Shown here piece by piece: positions 33,723 to 43,636 of a stretch of DNA of 64,000 bases (the stretch's first letter is position 1; each line of letters starts with the position of its first letter). Below the pieces are notes generated by a model that made no database searches, was not told the origin of the DNA, and worked only from the letters and a program-made list of their open reading frames with translations. The translations under genes were made by a program, and so were the position numbers. The DNA is taken from assembly GCA_934456365.1 (NCBI GenBank), contig CAKSHC010000002.1, positions 160,508 to 224,507 on the forward strand. The letters run 5' to 3'. Source of the stretch: an uncultured Eubacteriales bacterium. GTDB taxonomy: Bacteria; Bacillota; Clostridia; Oscillospirales; UMGS1783.

Positions 33723-35729
33723 AAGGTTTGCCGCCTGTTCCGAGGGGGCTGCCGCGTCGCGCAGGCCGCGATGGGCGGGGAGTGAGAGGTCGGGATCGGC
33801 GGCGAGGATGGAATCGGCCGCGGCACGGGCGGCGGTCAGCACGTCCATATCGGTCATCAGGTCGGCGATGGCGAAGCGCACCTCGCCGCTCTGGCGCTGC
33901 CCGAAAAACTCGCCGGGCCCGCGCTGGCGCAAATCTTCGCGGGCGAGGGCGAAGCCGTCGGTCGTTTTCTTCATGGCCGAGAGGCGCTCGTTGTCTTCCC
34001 GGGGACTGATGAGGATGCAGTAGCCGGGCAGCTTTCCGCGCCCCACCCGGCCGCGCAGCTGGTGGAGCTGCGAAAGGCCGAAGCGCTCGGCGTTTTCCAC
34101 CACGATCCCCGTGGCCCGTGGCACATCCAGCCCGACCTCGACCACCGTGGTGGCCACGAGCACCGAAAGCTCGCCCCGGTAAAAGCGATCCAGCACGTCC
34201 TGCTTGCGCCGGGCACCCATTTTCCCGTAGAGAATATCGCAGCTCAGGCCGCGCAGCGGGCCCTCGCTCAGCTCCCGGCAGAGCGTTTTCACATCCGCGA
34301 TCTCGCCGGTTTCGCTTTCCTCGGCCTTGGGGCAGACCACATAGGCCTGTTCCCCGGCCAGCACATGCTTTCTCACAAATCCATAGAGCCGTTCACGCAG
34401 CTCGGGGGTGACGACATAGGTTGCAGTCGGCGTTCTCCCCGGAGGCAGCTCGTCGAGCTGTGACACGTCCAGCTCGGCATAGAGGATCAGAGCCAGGGTG
34501 CGCGGGATGGGGGTGGCGCTCATCACCAGCACATGCGCCCCTTCGCCCTTTTGGGAGAGCGCCTGGCGCTGGCGCACGCCGAAGCGGTGCTGCTCGTCGG
34601 TGATGACCAGCCCCAGCCGGGCAAACTCGACCCGTTCGCCGAAGATCGCGTGGGTGCCGATCAAGAGATCGATCTCGCCCGCGGCAAGCTTTTGCAGAAT
34701 CTCCCGGCGCTCGGGAGCGTGGGTCGAGCCGGTCAGCAGGGCGCAGCGCACCCCGAAGGGGGCTAAAAAGCGGGTCATGGTGGAAAGATGCTGCGCGGCC
34801 AAAACCTCGGTCGGCGCCATCATGGCCGATTGATAGCCGTTTTGAAATAAGGCATACACGGCGGCGGCGGCGCAGACCGTTTTCCCGCTTCCCACATCGC
34901 CCTGGATCAGCCGGTTCTGCACCGTGCTTTGCCGATAATCGCTCAGAATTTCCTCGATCACCCGCTTTTGCGCGCCCGTCAGCGGGAAGGGGAGAGAGCG
35001 GAAAAAGGGCTCCATCGGCACGGGCTTTACCCGGACCGGCGTTTGGGCCCGCTCGCCGCGGCGCAGAAGGGAAAGGCGCAGCGAGAAGATCAGAAGCTCC
35101 TCGAAGGCCAGCCGCCGGCGAGCCTGTTCGACCTCCTCCGGGCTTTTGGGCTGATGCAGCATTCGATAGGCCTTGCCGCGAGAGCAAAGGCTTCGGCGGG
35201 CGCAAAGTGCGGGAGGCAAAACCTCGTCAAATTCCGTTAGATCTTCGAGGGCTTTGGCGATCGCCCGGCGCACGGCATATTGGTTCAGTCCGGCCGTAAG
35301 CGGGTAAACGGGCAGGATCTGCCCCTCGCCCCGCACCACGAGCGGATTGACCAGCTCCCGCCGCAGCGGAGAGCCGGTGACTTTTCCGTAGAAAATCACG
35401 GTTTCGCCGGGCTTGAGGGAAAGCGCTGTAAAGCGTGTGTTGAAAAAAACCAGATCAAAAATTCCCGAAGCGTCCCGTGCGGTTGTTTTATAAACCTCCA
35501 TGCCGGGGCGCAGCCGCACTCCGCGCGCGGCGGAAAGCACAGTCCCCCGCAGAGCGGCGACCTGCCCGAGAGGGGCGGCCGCGCAGGGCAGGGGATCTCT
35601 CAGATCCAGATATTCGCGCGGCACCAGCCGCAGAAGATCGCACACCGATTCCACGCCGAGCCTGCGAAAGAGCGCGGCGCGTTTGGGTCCGACCGAGGGA
35701 ACCGCTTCGATTTTGGTCGAGAGGTTCAT
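33720..35729 (-). CDS. recG: ATP-dependent DNA helicase RecG
   Basis: Start at MNLSTK. Its ATG overlaps the cysS TGA as ATGA. The 265 N-terminal codons of track ORF 33720..36548 are junk. Wedge domain, helicase motifs I-VI, Walker A GSGKT. Confidence 0.85.
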   Translation of the reverse strand: MNLSTKIEAVPSVGPKRAALFRRLGVESVCDLLRLVPREYLDLRDPLPCAAAPLGQVAALRGTVLSAARGVRLRPGMEVYKTTARDASGIFDLVFFNTRFTALSLKPGETVIFYGKVTGSPLRRELVNPLVVRGEGQILPVYPLTAGLNQYAVRRAIAKALEDLTEFDEVLPPALCARRSLCSRGKAYRMLHQPKSPEEVEQARRRLAFEELLIFSLRLSLLRRGERAQTPVRVKPVPMEPFFRSLPFPLTGAQKRVIEEILSDYRQSTVQNRLIQGDVGSGKTVCAAAAVYALFQNGYQSAMMAPTEVLAAQHLSTMTRFLAPFGVRCALLTGSTHAPERREILQKLAAGEIDLLIGTHAIFGERVEFARLGLVITDEQHRFGVRQRQALSQKGEGAHVLVMSATPIPRTLALILYAELDVSQLDELPPGRTPTATYVVTPELRERLYGFVRKHVLAGEQAYVVCPKAEESETGEIADVKTLCRELSEGPLRGLSCDILYGKMGARRKQDVLDRFYRGELSVLVATTVVEVGLDVPRATGIVVENAERFGLSQLHQLRGRVGRGKLPGYCILISPREDNERLSAMKKTTDGFALAREDLRQRGPGEFFGQRQSGEVRFAIADLMTDMDVLTAARAAADSILAADPDLSLPAHRGLRDAAAPSEQAANL

Positions 35730-37120
35730 GCCTTGTGCCATTTCACTCCCTGCGGGGTATCCTCCAGCAGGATGCCGCGGGCTTTGAGCTCGTCGCGGAT
35801 GCGGTCGGCCTCGGCGAAGTTTTTCGCGCTTCTGGCCTCCTGCCTCTGTGCGACCAGCGCTTCGATCTCGGATTCTTCTTTGGCGTCCATCGCCTTTTGC
35901 AGTACATTCATCGGACGGTCGAGATCCAGCGCCAGCACCTGATCGAAGTCCATCAGGAGGTCGTAGATGGCCTGATTTTTCGCGTCCGAGCGCACCAGGC
36001 TCCAGGCGATCCCCAGCGCCTTGGGCACATTGAGATCGTCGGCGCAGGCTGCATCGAAGGCGCGGCGGGCCTTTTCGAGCGTTTCCGAATCCACGGGGTC
36101 GGTGCCGCCCTTGTGGCGGGCCACGGCGGTCTTGAGGTTTTCCAGCGATTTCTGAGCGGACTTCATGGCCTCCCAGGTGAAGTTGATCTTGGAGCGGTAG
36201 TGGGCGTTGAGGCAGAAATAGCGGAAGGAGAGGGGATCGTAGCCCGCCTCCATCAGCTGGGAAACGGTGTAGGTGTTGCCGAGGCTTTTGCTCATTTTGC
36301 CGCCGTCGACCAGCATGAATTCGCCGTGCATCCACACGTTGACGGCCGGATGCCCCAAAGCGCCCTCCGACTGGGCGATTTCGTTTTCGTGGTGGATGGG
36401 GATATGATCCACCCCGCCGGTGTGGATGTCGAAGCGCTCGCCGAGGTAGCGCAGGCCCATAGCCGAGCACTCGATGTGCCAGCCCGGGAAGCCCATGCCC
36501 CAGGGCGAGGGCCACTGCATGATATGATTGGGCTGAGCCTTTTTCCAAAGGGCGAAGTCGGCGGGGTGGCGCTTTTCGTCGTTGATCTCCACCCGGGCGC
36601 CGGCCTGCTGCTCGTCGAAATTCATCCGGCTGAGCTTCCCGTAGCCGGGGAATTTGGAAATATCGTAGTAGATGCCGTCGGAGGTTTCGTAGCCGTAGCC
36701 CTTCTCGATCAGAGTTTGCACGAAATCGATCATCTGAGGGATATTGTCGGTCGCGCGCGGGATGAATTCCGGCTTTTCGATGTGGAGCCGGTCCAGATCC
36801 TGAAGGAAAACGTCTGTGTAGTAGGCGGCGATCTCCATCGGGTCCTTTTTCTGGGTACGGGCGGCCTTTTCCATTTTATCCTCGCCGTCGTCGGCGTCCG
36901 AGGTCAAGTGGCCGACGTCGGTGATGTTCATGCAGTGGCGCAGCGCGTAGCCGTTGCGGCGGAAGATGCGGCGCAGCTGATCCATGAAGATGTAGGTGCG
37001 CAGGTTGCCGATGTGGGCGTAGTTATACACCGTGGGGCCGCAGGAATACACGCTCACCTCGCCCGGCTTGATCGGCACGAATTCTTCCTTCTGTCTGGTC
37101 AGGGTGTTGTAAACAATCAT
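35726..37120 (-). CDS. cysS: cysteine--tRNA ligase
   Basis: HIGH (HIGNLRTY) and KMSKS motifs. 464 aa. Confidence 0.9.
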   Translation of the reverse strand: MIVYNTLTRQKEEFVPIKPGEVSVYSCGPTVYNYAHIGNLRTYIFMDQLRRIFRRNGYALRHCMNITDVGHLTSDADDGEDKMEKAARTQKKDPMEIAAYYTDVFLQDLDRLHIEKPEFIPRATDNIPQMIDFVQTLIEKGYGYETSDGIYYDISKFPGYGKLSRMNFDEQQAGARVEINDEKRHPADFALWKKAQPNHIMQWPSPWGMGFPGWHIECSAMGLRYLGERFDIHTGGVDHIPIHHENEIAQSEGALGHPAVNVWMHGEFMLVDGGKMSKSLGNTYTVSQLMEAGYDPLSFRYFCLNAHYRSKINFTWEAMKSAQKSLENLKTAVARHKGGTDPVDSETLEKARRAFDAACADDLNVPKALGIAWSLVRSDAKNQAIYDLLMDFDQVLALDLDRPMNVLQKAMDAKEESEIEALVAQRQEARSAKNFAEADRIRDELKARGILLEDTPQGVKWHKA

Positions 37121-37746
37121 GATTTCTCCTCCTTTTTCTCCAGCTGTGCAATCCGGATCTCGAGGCGGCAGAGCTCCTGGGCCACCGGATCGGGAATGTG
37201 AACCTGGTCGGTGTCGGCGCAGACGCGCACCCCGCCCAAACGCACCACCTTGGCCGGGCTGCCCACCGCGGTGGAATCCGGCGGGATGGGGCTTAATACC
37301 ACGGCTCCCGCCGCGATCTTCGAGCCCTCGCCCACGGTAAAGGGGCCCAGCACCTTGGCACCCGCTCCCACCATCACATTGCGCTCCAGCGTGGGGTGGC
37401 GCTTGCCTTTATCCTTGCCGGTGCCGCCCAGCGTGACTCCCTGATAGAGCACGCAGCCCTCGCCGACCTCGGCCGTTTCACCGATGACCACGCCGCTGCC
37501 GTGGTCGATAAACACGCCCGGAGCGATCTTTGCGCCCGGATGGATCTCGATCCCCGTGGCCCGGCGCGCCCTATGCGCTACCCATTCGGCCAGAAACGGG
37601 TGCCCCGATTCCCAGAGCTTATGCGCCCGGCGGTGCCGCCGCAGCGCCTTGACCCCGGCGTAAAAGAAAAACACCTGCGCCTTCGAGCGCGCCGCCGGGT
37701 CGTTCTGCATCGCCGCGGCGATGTCTTTTTTCCAAGCTTCGAACAT
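37117..37746 (-). CDS. cysE: serine O-acetyltransferase
   Basis: Hexapeptide-repeat left-handed beta-helix. Start at MFEAWKK behind an AGGAGAGG RBS. The track ORF is extended in the 5' direction. Confidence 0.85.
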   Translation of the reverse strand: MFEAWKKDIAAAMQNDPAARSKAQVFFFYAGVKALRRHRRAHKLWESGHPFLAEWVAHRARRATGIEIHPGAKIAPGVFIDHGSGVVIGETAEVGEGCVLYQGVTLGGTGKDKGKRHPTLERNVMVGAGAKVLGPFTVGEGSKIAAGAVVLSPIPPDSTAVGSPAKVVRLGGVRVCADTDQVHIPDPVAQELCRLEIRIAQLEKKEEKS

Positions 37747-37764
37747 GCTGCCTCTCCTGTCCAT

Positions 37765-38011
37765 AAAAAAACTCCGCGGGAAAAACCCCACGGAGGCGAA
37801 AATCATTCGCGGTCCCACTCCTGTTTGTTGCTCGCTGCGCCGGTATCGGGGCGCTGCCGCCGGGTGCTGCCCGGGCAAGGCCGAAGGCCCACGGCCGCAC
37901 AAGAAAAGCCTGCCCGAAGCGCGCTTGCAGCCCATGACGCGCTCTCTCTGCCGGAGTGCCTTTCTATTTTGCCGTTTTCTTTATTATAGCAAACCGAAGC
38001 CTGCTTGGCAA
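37765..38011 (-). promoter_or_regulatory. sigma-A promoter plus a Cys-specific T-box riboswitch leader of cysE-cysS(-recG)
   Basis: Minus strand: TTGCCA-N17-TATAAT. Stem I has AGAGAGA and GGGCUGCAAG (a UGC specifier followed by A). The T-box sequence is AGGAGUGGGACCGCG. The terminator CCUCCGUGGGGUUUUUCCCGCGGAG followed by U7 ends about 20 nt before the cysE start. Confidence 0.65.
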
Positions 38012-38566
38012 TCACTTTTTTGAAGCGAGATAGCTTCGGATGTAGTGAATTCCGCTTAAAATGCACAAAACGGTGGCCGCCCCCATCAGAACCTGCGCGA
38101 TCCAGATCAGGGGGGTGTCGATGAAGAAGAAATAGGCGCCGATGGCGATCATCTGCACAACGGTTTTGCATTTTCCGATCATATCGGCCGCCATCACCAC
38201 CCCCTGCCGCGCCGCCAGCATCCGCAGCGAGGAGATCGAAAACTCCCTCAGAAGCGTGACGGCCAGCGCGATGTACAAAACGGGGAGCCCGCGGTCGGCG
38301 TCGCGATACAGAAAGCCCATCATGGCGAAAACGATCAGAAGCTTATCGGCAATGGGATCGAGGAATTTTCCGAGGTCGGAAACCACGTTGTATTTCCGCG
38401 CCAGATTTCCGTCCAGGTAGTCGGTGATGCAGGCGATGAGGAAAAGCCCGCCCGGCAGCAGGATCCATAAAACCCGGTTGCCCGGATCCAAAACCGATAA
38501 AAGCACCAGAACCGCGCAGGACAGCACCGCCCGCGCCGCCGAAAGAATGTTCGGGATCTGTTTCAT
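38012..38566 (-). CDS. pgsA: CDP-diacylglycerol--glycerol-3-phosphate 3-phosphatidyltransferase
   Basis: CDP-alcohol phosphatidyltransferase motif DYLDGNLARK...GKFLDPIADK. Confidence 0.85.
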   Translation of the reverse strand: MKQIPNILSAARAVLSCAVLVLLSVLDPGNRVLWILLPGGLFLIACITDYLDGNLARKYNVVSDLGKFLDPIADKLLIVFAMMGFLYRDADRGLPVLYIALAVTLLREFSISSLRMLAARQGVVMAADMIGKCKTVVQMIAIGAYFFFIDTPLIWIAQVLMGAATVLCILSGIHYIRSYLASKK

Positions 38567-39882
38567 TCCAAAGCCTCCCCCACCAAATCATAGGTCAGCG
38601 CGCTTTTGATCTCCACGCGCACAAACTGCCCCGGCAAAACCTCTTCGCGGGACTGGAAAAACACCTTGCCGTCCACGTCCGGCGCGTCGCCCGCCGTGCG
38701 GCCCACATAGCAGTCGCTCTCTTCGTCGAAGCCCTCGCAGAGCACCTCGCACACCTGCCCGACCCGCTCGGCCAAAAGCTCCTCCGACAGGCGGCTTTGC
38801 AGCGACATCAGCGCGTCGAGCCGCGCCTGTTTGACCTCTTCGTCGATCTGCCCGGGCATTTCGGCCGCCTCAGTGCCCTCTTCGGGCGAGTAGGCGAAGG
38901 CGCCCAGCTTGTCAAACCGCATCTCCTTCACGAATTCGCACAGCCGCTCAAACTGCTCGTCGGTTTCTCCGGGAAAGCCCACGATCAGAGTGGTACGCAG
39001 CACAGCCTCCGGCAGCTCGCGGCGCAGCTTTTCGATCAGCTCGCGCAGGGAGGCCTCGTTTCCGGGGCGGCGCATGGCGCGCAGGATCGCCCCGTCGCAG
39101 TGCTGCATGGGGATATCGAAATAAGGCAGGATCTGCGGACGCGCCTTCATGCAGGCGATCAGATCGTCGCCGATGCGCTCGGGATAGCAGTACAGGAGCC
39201 GGATCCAGTGGAAGGGAAGCTCGCACAGGCGCTCCAGAAGCGGCACCAGCGCGCGCTCGCCCCGGTCGTTTCCGTAGGCGGTGGTGTCCTGCGCGATCAG
39301 GATCAGCTCCTGCACTCCGGCTTCGCTCAGGGCCCTGGCCTGATCGAGCAGATCGTCGATCGGCTGGGAGCGCAGCGGCCCGCGGATCAGCGGGATCGCG
39401 CAGTAGGTGCAGCGGTTGTTGCAGCCCTCGGCGATTTTTAAGTAGGCGGTATAGGAGGGGGTGGAGAGAATGCGGGGGCCGAAGAGGGGAGAATCGGTTT
39501 CCCCGTCGAAGGCGGCGAACCTGCGCCCGGCCAGCACCTCGTCGGCCGCTTCGGCCACGCGGGCTTCGCTGGTGGTGCCCAAAAACCCGTCGACCTCCGG
39601 GAATTCTTCGGCGATCTCTTCCCGGTAGCGCTGCGACAGGCAGCCGGTGACCAGAATGCCCTGAATTTTTCCCTGCCGCTTGAGCTCGGCCGCCGCCAGG
39701 ATCTGCTCGATCCCCTCGCGCTTGGCCGATTCAATGAAGCCGCAGGTGTTGATGAGCAGAAGATCGGCCTCCTCCGGCTCGGCCACGGGGCAAAGCCCGT
39801 GATCGGCCAGCGCGGCCAGCATGGTTTCGCTGTCCACCAGGTTTTTCGGACAGCCAAGGGAAATCAGTGCGACCTTTTTCAT
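38563..39882 (-). CDS. rimO: ribosomal protein S12 methylthiotransferase
   Basis: MTTase N-domain, a radical-SAM CNNRCTYCAIP motif, and a TRAM C-terminus. 439 aa. Confidence 0.8.
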   Translation of the reverse strand: MKKVALISLGCPKNLVDSETMLAALADHGLCPVAEPEEADLLLINTCGFIESAKREGIEQILAAAELKRQGKIQGILVTGCLSQRYREEIAEEFPEVDGFLGTTSEARVAEAADEVLAGRRFAAFDGETDSPLFGPRILSTPSYTAYLKIAEGCNNRCTYCAIPLIRGPLRSQPIDDLLDQARALSEAGVQELILIAQDTTAYGNDRGERALVPLLERLCELPFHWIRLLYCYPERIGDDLIACMKARPQILPYFDIPMQHCDGAILRAMRRPGNEASLRELIEKLRRELPEAVLRTTLIVGFPGETDEQFERLCEFVKEMRFDKLGAFAYSPEEGTEAAEMPGQIDEEVKQARLDALMSLQSRLSEELLAERVGQVCEVLCEGFDEESDCYVGRTAGDAPDVDGKVFFQSREEVLPGQFVRVEIKSALTYDLVGEALE

Positions 39883-40505
39883 GAAAATTCCTCCGCCGGA
39901 AAATCCGATACCCGGGCCATCGCTGCCCGGATATCGGAATATGAATATCCTTTTCTCAAATACTTCCCGATCAGCCGTTCCCGCTGCCGGGGATCGGCCA
40001 ACGCTTCGCTTTGACGGGCGAGCATCTCGCTTAACCGGGCGAGCGGATCGTCGTTTTCCTCCTCGAGCAGCTCGCCGATCAGCGCCCGGTCGTAGCCCTT
40101 GAGGGCCATCGCCTCGCGCGCCCGGCGTTCGCCGTAGCCGCGCCCCGAAAGAAGCGATTTCAGAAGCGCTTTTCCGGTGCGCCGGTCGTCCACAAAGCCC
40201 TGGCTCACACAGTAGCTCACAGCTTCGGCCGCCGCCTCGGGGGAGAGCTTGCGCCGGGTCAGCTTATCGAACAGGGCCTTTTCCGAGCAGTCGCCATAGC
40301 CCAGAAGCTCCACCGCCTTGCGCTTGGCAAAGAGCCGCTCCTGCGCCTCGGCCAAACGGGAGAGGGCGGGCGCGTCGAGCTCGGAGCCGAGAGAGATCTC
40401 CTGCTGGGCCAGAATATCCGGATAAACCGAAAGGGCATACTCGCCGTCCAGATGCAGGTAACAGAGCCCCCGCTTGCCTTCGCGGATGTCGGTCACCCGG
40501 CTCAT
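39879..40505 (-). CDS. recX: recombination regulator RecX
   Basis: 208 aa of three-helix repeats, immediately downstream of recA with a 4-nt overlap. Confidence 0.85.
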   Translation of the reverse strand: MSRVTDIREGKRGLCYLHLDGEYALSVYPDILAQQEISLGSELDAPALSRLAEAQERLFAKRKAVELLGYGDCSEKALFDKLTRRKLSPEAAAEAVSYCVSQGFVDDRRTGKALLKSLLSGRGYGERRAREAMALKGYDRALIGELLEEENDDPLARLSEMLARQSEALADPRQRERLIGKYLRKGYSYSDIRAAMARVSDFPAEEFS

Positions 40506-41629
40506 TCAAAATCATCCGCCGTGAGGATCACGTCGGTTTCGGGCTCAGCCTTGGCCTTGGCCGGAGCTTCCGCCACGGGCGCGGGCTTTTCCGGAGAGGG
40601 CTTGTTTTTGCCCTTGAAAGCGCCCTGCTTTTCCCGCTCGGCCTCCACGGCCGCCATGATCTTCTGCGCGATCTCCTCGGCCAGCGGTTCGTTATCCGCC
40701 AGGATCTGCTTGAGGTTGTCGCGACCCTGGCCGAGCCGCTCGCCCTGATAGCTGAACCAGCTGCCCGATTTTTCCAGGATATCGTATTTCACGCCGAGGT
40801 CCAGGATTTCGCCTTCGCGCGAAATGCCGGTGCCGAACATGATATCGAATTCCGCCTCGCGGAAGGGAGGCGCCACCTTGTTTTTCACGACCTTCACCCG
40901 CACGTGGTTGCCCACGCCCACGCCGCCGGCCTTGAGCGTTTCCACCCGGCGCACGTCGAGGCGGATGGTGGCGAAGAATTTCAGCGCCCGGCCGCCCGTC
41001 GTGACCTCCGGATTGCCGAACATCACCCCCACCTTCTCGCGAAGCTGGTTGATGAAGATCGCAATGCAGCCGGCGCGCGAAACCGCGCCCGAGAGCTTGC
41101 GCAATGCCTGCGACATCAGGCGCGCATGCAGGCCGACGTGGGCATCGCCCATATCGCCTTCGAGCTCGGCCTTGGGCACAAGGGCCGCCACCGAGTCGAC
41201 CACCACGATATCGATCGCGCCCGAGCGCACCAGCTCGTCGGCGATTTCGAGGGCCTGCTCGCCGTCGTCCGGCTGAGAGACCAGGAGCTCGTCCACATTC
41301 ACACCCAGATTCTGCGCGTAAACGGGATCCAGGGCATGCTCGGCATCGATAAAGGCCGCCGTGCCGCCCGCTTTCTGCACCTGCGCCACGGCATGCAGCG
41401 CCACCGTGGTTTTACCGGAAGATTCCGGCCCGTAGATCTCGATGATGCGCCCTTTCGGGTAGCCGCCGCAGCCCAGCGCCATATCCAGCGATAAGGAGCC
41501 CGTCGGCACATGCTCGATGGTCAGAGAGCTCTGCTCCCCGAGCCGCATCACGCTGCCCTTGCCAAACTTCTTTTCAATGGTTCCGATCGCCGTTTCCAGC
41601 GCTTTGCTCCGGTTGTCGTTTTTCTCCAT
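40502..41629 (-). CDS. recA: recombinase RecA
   Basis: Walker [10 protein letters not shown]. Start at MEKNDN with a GGAAGGGGAAG RBS. The track start 41668 lies inside the promoter. The C-terminus is an acidic/Ala-Pro-rich extension. Confidence 0.9.
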   Translation of the reverse strand: MEKNDNRSKALETAIGTIEKKFGKGSVMRLGEQSSLTIEHVPTGSLSLDMALGCGGYPKGRIIEIYGPESSGKTTVALHAVAQVQKAGGTAAFIDAEHALDPVYAQNLGVNVDELLVSQPDDGEQALEIADELVRSGAIDIVVVDSVAALVPKAELEGDMGDAHVGLHARLMSQALRKLSGAVSRAGCIAIFINQLREKVGVMFGNPEVTTGGRALKFFATIRLDVRRVETLKAGGVGVGNHVRVKVVKNKVAPPFREAEFDIMFGTGISREGEILDLGVKYDILEKSGSWFSYQGERLGQGRDNLKQILADNEPLAEEIAQKIMAAVEAEREKQGAFKGKNKPSPEKPAPVAEAPAKAKAEPETDVILTADDFE

Positions 41630-41658
41630 GATTCTTCCCCTTCCGTCATTCTGGAGCC

Positions 41659-41687
41659 AGTATACCATACCGGCCGCGGCTTGACAA
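41659..41687 (-). promoter_or_regulatory. sigma-A promoter of recA
   Basis: Minus strand: TTGTCA-N17-TATACT. No convincing GAAC-N4-GTTC LexA (Cheo) box was seen. Confidence 0.45.
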
Positions 41688-41710
41688 GAGGGGAAAATTT
41701 GAGTGTCCCG

Positions 41711-42343
41711 TTAATTGTACTTTGCGTCGCAGAAAGGGACGACGTCGCGGTCGTTGACCACCAGGAAGGGATGGTCGACCAGCGAGAGCATCGGCCGGTC
41801 GCGCAGGGAATCGGAGTAGGCGTAGGAATCGGCGCGGTCGATGGTGAGGTTGTGTTCCTGTAAGTAGATCCCGAGCCGGCGCACCTTTTCCTGACCCGCG
41901 CAGTTTTTCCCGGCGGGCAGGCAGGAGAAGCGGCCGTTTTTGAGGGGGCGCAGGGGGGAGGCCAGAATATCGTCGCAAAGACCGCGCCGGGCGAATTCGC
42001 GCACATACGGTTCAGGCGAGGCCGAAAGGATCAGCACCCGCCGGCCTTCTTTTTTGTGCTGCTCGAGAAGAGCCCAGGTCGCCTCGATGGCACGGGGGCG
42101 CAGCTTTTTTTCGAAAAAGGCGGCGAAATCCTCCGGGCGCATACGGCTCATCGGGGAGTAGACCACCGCCTTGAAAAGCTCGACCGGCAGAATTTTGCAG
42201 AGATAGAGAAGCAGGATCAGCGGGAAAACGGGAAGCCAAAGGGCGCAGAGCGGCGCCCGGGAAAGCCCGAAGAAATAGAAGGGAATCAGGCTGTCGCCGG
42301 GGGTGAGAGTGTCGTCAAGATCAAAAAGCGCAAAGGATTCCAT
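41711..42343 (-). CDS. HAD-IB family hydrolase
   Basis: FDLDDTL (motif I), ILSASP (motif II), and K...D...D (motif III). Confidence 0.7.
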   Translation of the reverse strand: MESFALFDLDDTLTPGDSLIPFYFFGLSRAPLCALWLPVFPLILLLYLCKILPVELFKAVVYSPMSRMRPEDFAAFFEKKLRPRAIEATWALLEQHKKEGRRVLILSASPEPYVREFARRGLCDDILASPLRPLKNGRFSCLPAGKNCAGQEKVRRLGIYLQEHNLTIDRADSYAYSDSLRDRPMLSLVDHPFLVVNDRDVVPFCDAKYN

Positions 42344-42367
42344 GGCTGCCTCCCGTTTTTCTCTTTA

Positions 42368-43447
42368 TTATAAGGGATTTCGGGCGCGTTTGCAAGCCCG
42401 GAAGCTCAAAAGCCAGGCCGCGAAAAGGGGAATCACCAAAAAGGGAGCGGCCAGAAAGGGATAGGCGCGCAAAGCCGCCAGAAGCTCGGCCGAATCGGCA
42501 AAGAGGATCAGCGAAAAGCCCAGCATTAGCGCCGCCACCGCCGGCGCCAGCCGCTCGGGGCGCTCCACCCGGGCGCACCCGCCCAGCGAATGCAGGCAGA
42601 AAAGCAGGCAAACGCAGGTTTTCAGATACATTCCCACAATGAAATGCACCGATAAGATCACTTCAATGCGCTGGAAAAAGCTGTTGATCTCCAAAACGGA
42701 AAGAGCCATATAGTAGGGATAGCTCAGCGCATACAGGCACCCCTCGCCCAGCACCCCCGCGGTGAGCGCATAGCAAAGCGCCGTCACGGCTCCCGAGCAG
42801 AAAAGCGAGGCTAAAAGCGGCTTTTCCACCCCCTTCGCCTCGCAGCGGAAGAGAAAGGGCATGCAGAAAAGCGCCTGCGCGAAGGGGTAGAAAAAGAGGG
42901 AAAGCGAGCCGAGGGCGAAATCCCCGAAGGGGCGGTTGAGCAGCGGCAGAAGCTGGGCCGGGTCGAAGCGGGAAAAGGAAAGAAGGAGGCTGAGCAGCAA
43001 AACGCCCGCCGCCAGCGGAAAGAGCAGCCGGCAAAGCCGCGCGGTGGCCGCCAGGCCGCTTTTGGCCGTCAGAGCCGTGGCCAGCGTGATCAGAAGGGAA
43101 AAGACGATGGCCAGAGCGCTCGTGCGCCCCACGATCAGGAGAAACCGGGTCACATAGGAGATCAGGATGGCTCCGGTCAGCAGGGAAAAGAGGGCGTAGA
43201 TCCCGAGCAGGATCCGGCCGAACACCCGCCCGAACAAAAGCAGCACCACTTCGTCGGCACGCTTGTCGGGGAAGCGGCGGCGCAGCGCGGCCGCCATGGC
43301 GTAAAGCGGCAGGGCCAGAAGCATGCCGCAAAGCGCCGCCAGGTAGGAATCCGAGCCGGCGAAATCGTTCATGCCCAGGACCAGCGTGGTGGAGGTTGTG
43401 GTCGTGAAGCAGACAGCAAACAGGGAAAGCTGCGAAACTTTTTTCAT
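42368..43447 (-). CDS. spore germination protein, GerAB/GerKB-type permease subunit
   Basis: 10-TM APC-like permease. Start at MKKVSQ. Confidence 0.75.
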   Translation of the reverse strand: MKKVSQLSLFAVCFTTTTSTTLVLGMNDFAGSDSYLAALCGMLLALPLYAMAAALRRRFPDKRADEVVLLLFGRVFGRILLGIYALFSLLTGAILISYVTRFLLIVGRTSALAIVFSLLITLATALTAKSGLAATARLCRLLFPLAAGVLLLSLLLSFSRFDPAQLLPLLNRPFGDFALGSLSLFFYPFAQALFCMPFLFRCEAKGVEKPLLASLFCSGAVTALCYALTAGVLGEGCLYALSYPYYMALSVLEINSFFQRIEVILSVHFIVGMYLKTCVCLLFCLHSLGGCARVERPERLAPAVAALMLGFSLILFADSAELLAALRAYPFLAAPFLVIPLFAAWLLSFRACKRARNPL

Positions 43448-43623
43448 AAAAACCACCTCGCCACCGAAAAGCTGTCGAAGAAAACGGCGCACAGAAAGAG
43501 CGCCAGCGCCGCGGCGCTGAGGGAAAAATAAAGCGGGGCCGGAGGCCTGTCCTCCTGCCGCGTCAGAAAATAGAAGAGCGGCAAAGCCAGCGCAAAGGTG
43601 AAGAAAAAGAGCAAACGGGACAT
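43444..43623 (-). CDS. small hydrophobic ORF (59 aa, 2 TM) between the ger C and B subunits
   Basis: MSRLLFFFTFALALPLFYFLTRQ... Its ATG sits right after the gerC-like stop region, and its TGA overlaps the gerB ATG (ATGA). Below the ORF-track cut-off. Unverified. Confidence 0.3.
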   Translation of the reverse strand: MSRLLFFFTFALALPLFYFLTRQEDRPPAPLYFSLSAAALALFLCAVFFDSFSVARWFL

Positions 43624-43636
43624 ACTGCCTCCTGAT

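Noticed and set aside
35477-37201. 574-aa plus-strand ORF opposite cysS.
   Set aside because: Antisense artefact. cysS has HIGH and KMSKS motifs.
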